Source: Tubulanus polymorphus (taxonomy: Eukaryota; Animalia; Nemertea). From it: a DNA stretch of 64,000 bases. Under the pieces are notes generated by a model, which made no database searches, had not been told where the DNA came from, and was given only the letters and a program-made list of their open reading frames with translations. The position numbers were made by a program, and so were the translations under genes. Below, one piece after another: positions 62,396 to 64,000 of this stretch; positions within the stretch are counted from its first letter, which is position 1, and every line of letters starts with the position of its first letter. Location: assembly GCF_964204645.1 (NCBI RefSeq), contig NC_134028.1, positions 11,145,263 to 11,209,262 on the forward strand, given 5' to 3'.

Positions 62396-64000
62396 ATGAG
62401 TGACTTTGCAGATATAAGAGATTTTGAAGAGTCAAGCACTGGTATTTTAAGAAATTTTTTATGTAATAGAAGACTCTCCACTCAAGGCAGAAAAGAAGAG
62501 TTAGTTGCGCGGTCGTTTGCTGCATGGGAGCAAAATGTTCCTCTCAAACTAAAAACTGCGGATATACAAAGACAGCTTGCAAATGATTATGAGAAGATTC
62601 TAAAAAATATCAATAACGAAGATCCACTTGAGTTGAAACATTGGCATGTGGTGAAAGATGAAAAAAATCTACAGAACCTCGACTTAGGTAAAATATTTCC
62701 TTTCATCATTAGAAATAGAGAATTTGGCGTCGACTATGTTGGAAGGTATAAACTCTGCAAGGCATACTCATATTTCAAGAGTGGATTTGTAGGAAAAATG
62801 AAATATTGCCAGTGTTCCAACGCAACTGTTATTTCCGCCGACATTACGCCTTCCCAGAGAGTTCGAGGAGAAGCTAGATGTCCGTGGATAGCGTTCAGTA
62901 AATCCGGAGATATATTGGCTGCATGGTGTACATGTCCTGCAGGATTTTCACAAACGTGTAATCAAGTTGCTGCGTGTCTTTATAAAGTAAATGAAAGTAT
63001 CGAAGCCATGAATAAATCGCCCGCCTGTACTGATATTCCGTGCACCTGGAACCAACCGGCATCAGATATTACGCCTGTTAAGATCAGGGACTTGAAAATT
63101 CGATGCGACAATTTGGGTAGCGGTGATCAGATTAGTGCGTGCAAAACATTTGACCCACGCCCAGAAGGTTACAGACAGGTAAATTCGTTTTATCCATTGA
63201 TTTAAATATGCAGTATTTTTTATGAGAGTTAAAATCAATTATTTTTCAAACTGATGATATCGCTTTTTCAGATCGCAGATATCGCTGGGAGAATGGAGAG
63301 GATGCATGTAGTATGCCCGCATGCAGCATTCTTAACCGGCATAGTTGACCAAACTGATGATTTCGCCAGACGGTCAAAGCTACCGTTGAATCTTCCACAA
63401 GCGGTCAACAGAATGTTATCATCAGGTATCCCTATGGCTGTATCGGATATTCTCCATTCACTACTACTTCAAGGCGAACAAAGACGCATAATAGAAGAAG
63501 CAACCAGGAATCAACGCAACAACAGACTTTGGAAAGAGCAACAACTCGGCAGGATCACAGCCTCCATTTCTCACATAGTGTACACCAAATTCGAGTCCCT
63601 AAAAAAGAATAAGAGGCCCATTAAAACATCGCAACTTGTGGCTGACATCATTTACGGCACAGCTCATAATGCATTAGATTACTTACAAGCCATACGTCAT
63701 GGAATTCGTCATGAAAATGATGCGCGACAAGCTATGACTGTGCGATTCAGCGTTCATCACAAAGAATTCAAGCTAAAGAGGACAGGTTTTATGGTAAGAT
63801 AATGTTACTTATTTCCAATTTTAAGTCTTACTAGACTTTATCCGTAAACGTTTATTGAACGCAGCTCTATTTACATGAAAAAAATCCATATCTTTTCAGG
63901 TACATTCAGATTTACCATTCATCGGGGCTACGCCCGATAATAAGACATTCTGCACCTGCTGCGAACCAAGTTTGGTGGAAATCAAATGTCCTCTGGTCGT
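62396..64000 (+). CDS. Spliced SAP-SWIM-YqaJ (lambda-exonuclease-like) gene, probably of an ISL2EU-type transposon; exons 62396-63178, 63272-63793, 63900->64000
   Basis: LSTQGRKEELVAR (SAP-like), CTCPAG...C (SWIM), TRNQ..W..GRITAS, G..HE, PFIGATPD, VEIKCP; two phase-0 GT-AG introns keep the frame. Confidence 0.85.

Overview
Eukaryotic (bilaterian invertebrate-like) genomic DNA with spliceosomal introns and dense transposable elements; no prokaryotic features, rRNA or CRISPR. Positions ~170-38463 hold a cluster of at least three decayed, rearranged copies of one very AT-rich Maverick/Polinton (polintovirus) family. Together they encode a protein-primed PolB with an HNH/EndoVII insertion, a penton, a double jelly-roll major capsid protein, an A32-type packaging ATPase, an rve integrase with a chromodomain, an NCLDV-style HNH nuclease and several small membrane proteins; no adenain protease was seen. 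The most notable signals are non-coding: (i) all three element ends are 150-190 bp fold-back hairpins with element-specific compensatory changes and the same two conserved mismatches; (ii) seven consecutive virion-module genes each start with a T5-7/N6-7/TAAATG cassette matching poxvirus late-promoter architecture; (iii) the zone where the two gene blocks converge holds nested palindromes whose structure, not sequence, is conserved between copies; (iv) the terminal inverted repeat carries the first ~88 codons of two different genes. These suggest, by inference, an integrating virophage-like satellite of a pox-like/NCLDV helper. Host genes are a two-exon hotdog-fold thioesterase (+, 10287-11464) and the last three exons of PRPSAP (-, 41304-51089). 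The right part also holds a near-intact DIRS1-type retrotransposon with its ICR, a degraded second DIRS, several MITEs/HINEs and a spliced SAP-SWIM-YqaJ gene running off the window.
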